Shown one piece after another: positions 62,331-64,000 of a stretch of DNA of 64,000 nt. The position numbers were made by a program, and so were the translations under genes. Positions within the stretch are counted from its first letter, which is position 1. Every line of letters begins with the position of its first letter. The stretch lies in assembly GCF_004010195.1 (NCBI RefSeq), contig NC_057753.1, forward strand, positions 10,354,445 through 10,418,444, in the 5' to 3' direction. The notes under the pieces were generated by a model. That model worked only from the letters and a program-made list of their open reading frames with translations, was not told where the DNA came from and did not search any database. The stretch comes from Chiloscyllium plagiosum (Eukaryota).

Positions 62331-63995
62331 TTATTGCCACATGTACCACATTCAGTTGGTGGAGTTGTGGATAGTATGGAGGGCTGTTGTAGTTTGCAAC
62401 GAGACATTGACAAGATGCAGAACTGGGCTGATGGAGTTCAACGTGGAAAGGTATGAAGTCATCCACTTTGGAAGGTTGAATTTGAATCCAGAGGACGGGG
62501 TTAAAGGCAGGATTCTTGGCAGTGTGGAGGAACAGAGGGATGTTGGGGTCCATGTCTGCAGATCCCACAAAGTTGTCATGCAAGTTGATAAGGTTGTTAA
62601 GAAGGCGTAGGGTGTGTTTGCTTTCATTTGCAGGGGGACTCTGTTTAAGAGCCTATTCTGTAGCTCTATGTTAGACCACACTTGGAATATTCTGTTCAGT
62701 TCTGGTTGCCTCATTGTAGGAAAGATGTGGAATCTTAGAGAGGGTGCAGAGGAGATTTACTAGGGCCCTGCCTGGGCTGGAGGGCATGTGTTATGAAGAA
62801 AGGTTGAGGGAGTTAGGGCTTTTCTCATTGAAGCGAAGAAGGGTGAGAGTTGTCTTGATAGAGATATACAGATGTTGAGAAGCATAGATAGAATGGATAG
62901 CCTTGCCAGAAATGCCTATTATGAGGGGGCATAGTTTTATGATATTTGGAGGAAGGTTTAGGGGAGATGTCAGGATAGGTTCTTTACTCAGTTAGTGGTG
63001 GGTGCATGGAATGCACTGTCAGCAGAGGTAGTGGAGTCACATACATTAGGGTCATTTTAAGCAACTCTTGGATAGGCACATGAAACCTGTCAATTAGTCT
63101 GATCTTAGAGTAGGATAAAAGGCCAGCACTACATCAAGTGCCAAAGAGCCTGTACTGAGCTGTACTGTTCTTTGTACCTAAGTACAGTCAAACATTTCGA
63201 TTTGTGAGCAGAACAGTCAGATCCTAGAAAACAAGGACATGCAGGTCATACTGTGCTTAGACAGAGCGAGGTACACAGGGTTACGACCGCACAGGAGATG
63301 CACAAAAGCAAGGTCAACATTAGATTTCAAATTTTAGAGCTCCATTCAGCAGTCTAATAATGGCAGGGAAGAAGCTACTCTTGAACCTGTTGGTGTTTGT
63401 GTTCAAGCTTCTGTATCTTCTTCCTGACAGAAGAGGGTATAGGAGATCATTACCGGGGTGGGAGGGGACTTTGATGATGTTGCCAGCTTTTCCATGACAA
63501 TGAGAAATGAAGGTGGATTCCATGGATGGGAGGTCGGCTTCCATGATGGACTGTGCTGCGCCAGTGATGCACCCAAATACAATGCTTTCTGTGGTGCATC
63601 TGTAAATGTTGGTGAGGGCCCTTATAGACATGCTGAATTTCTTAAGCCCCCTGAGGAAGAAAAGGTGTTGTTGTGCCTTCTTGACCATTGCATGGGTAGA
63701 TATTTCGCCACTCCTTTCTCATTCTTTCTAACGTCTTTATTTGATGCAGTCACACAGTCAGTTTCATACCTTGTGCTAATACTTTTGAAGGACTTCTTCA
63801 GAAGGATAAAATGTGTCGAGGGGCAAAGACAGTGTACGTATTAAATATTTAAACTTGATTATATTTTACTGAACAGAACAGCTTATAAATGGTAAAATGG
63901 GTAAACTTAACAGGCATTATGAAGGGTGAGAGTGTGCAGTATTTCGAGGTGCATGGTAAAACAGGACTGAGTCTGCACGACTTTGACAAGAGGAG
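61790..63995 (+). repeat. Direct segmental duplicate of about 6100-8915 (module, CR1, Rex/Babar, unique tail)
   Basis: Colinear matches, for example 8640-8910 versus 63710-63990; lacks the Tx1 insert present at 6650-7370. Confidence 0.85.
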
Positions 63996-64000
63996 GTCAT

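Overview
Vertebrate, repeat-dense genomic window, almost certainly from a shark or other cartilaginous fish. This is inferred from HE1-type V-SINEs with (TCTAA)n tails, HER1/CR1 LINE debris and Penelope-like elements carrying minimal hammerhead ribozymes. It is a draft assembly with four N-gaps. The window is a C2H2 zinc-finger gene cluster undergoing birth-and-death evolution. It holds two intact ZNF ORFs with no visible effector domain (10 and 12 fingers), at least three ZNF pseudogene remnants, and eight copies of one promoter plus non-coding first-exon module (NRF1-like/CCAAT/ETS motifs, GTGAGT donor) spread by direct and inverted multi-kb segmental duplications. It also contains the 5' LTR, tRNA-Pro PBS and frameshifted gag of a HERV-I-like class I endogenous retrovirus, an orphan damaged QSOX exon 1 with its CpG island, an unexplained array of about 11 copies of a 15-nt motif with variable spacers, and a candidate spliced 5' end of an unidentified gene. 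All calls are by eye, without database searches; repeat boundaries are approximate.
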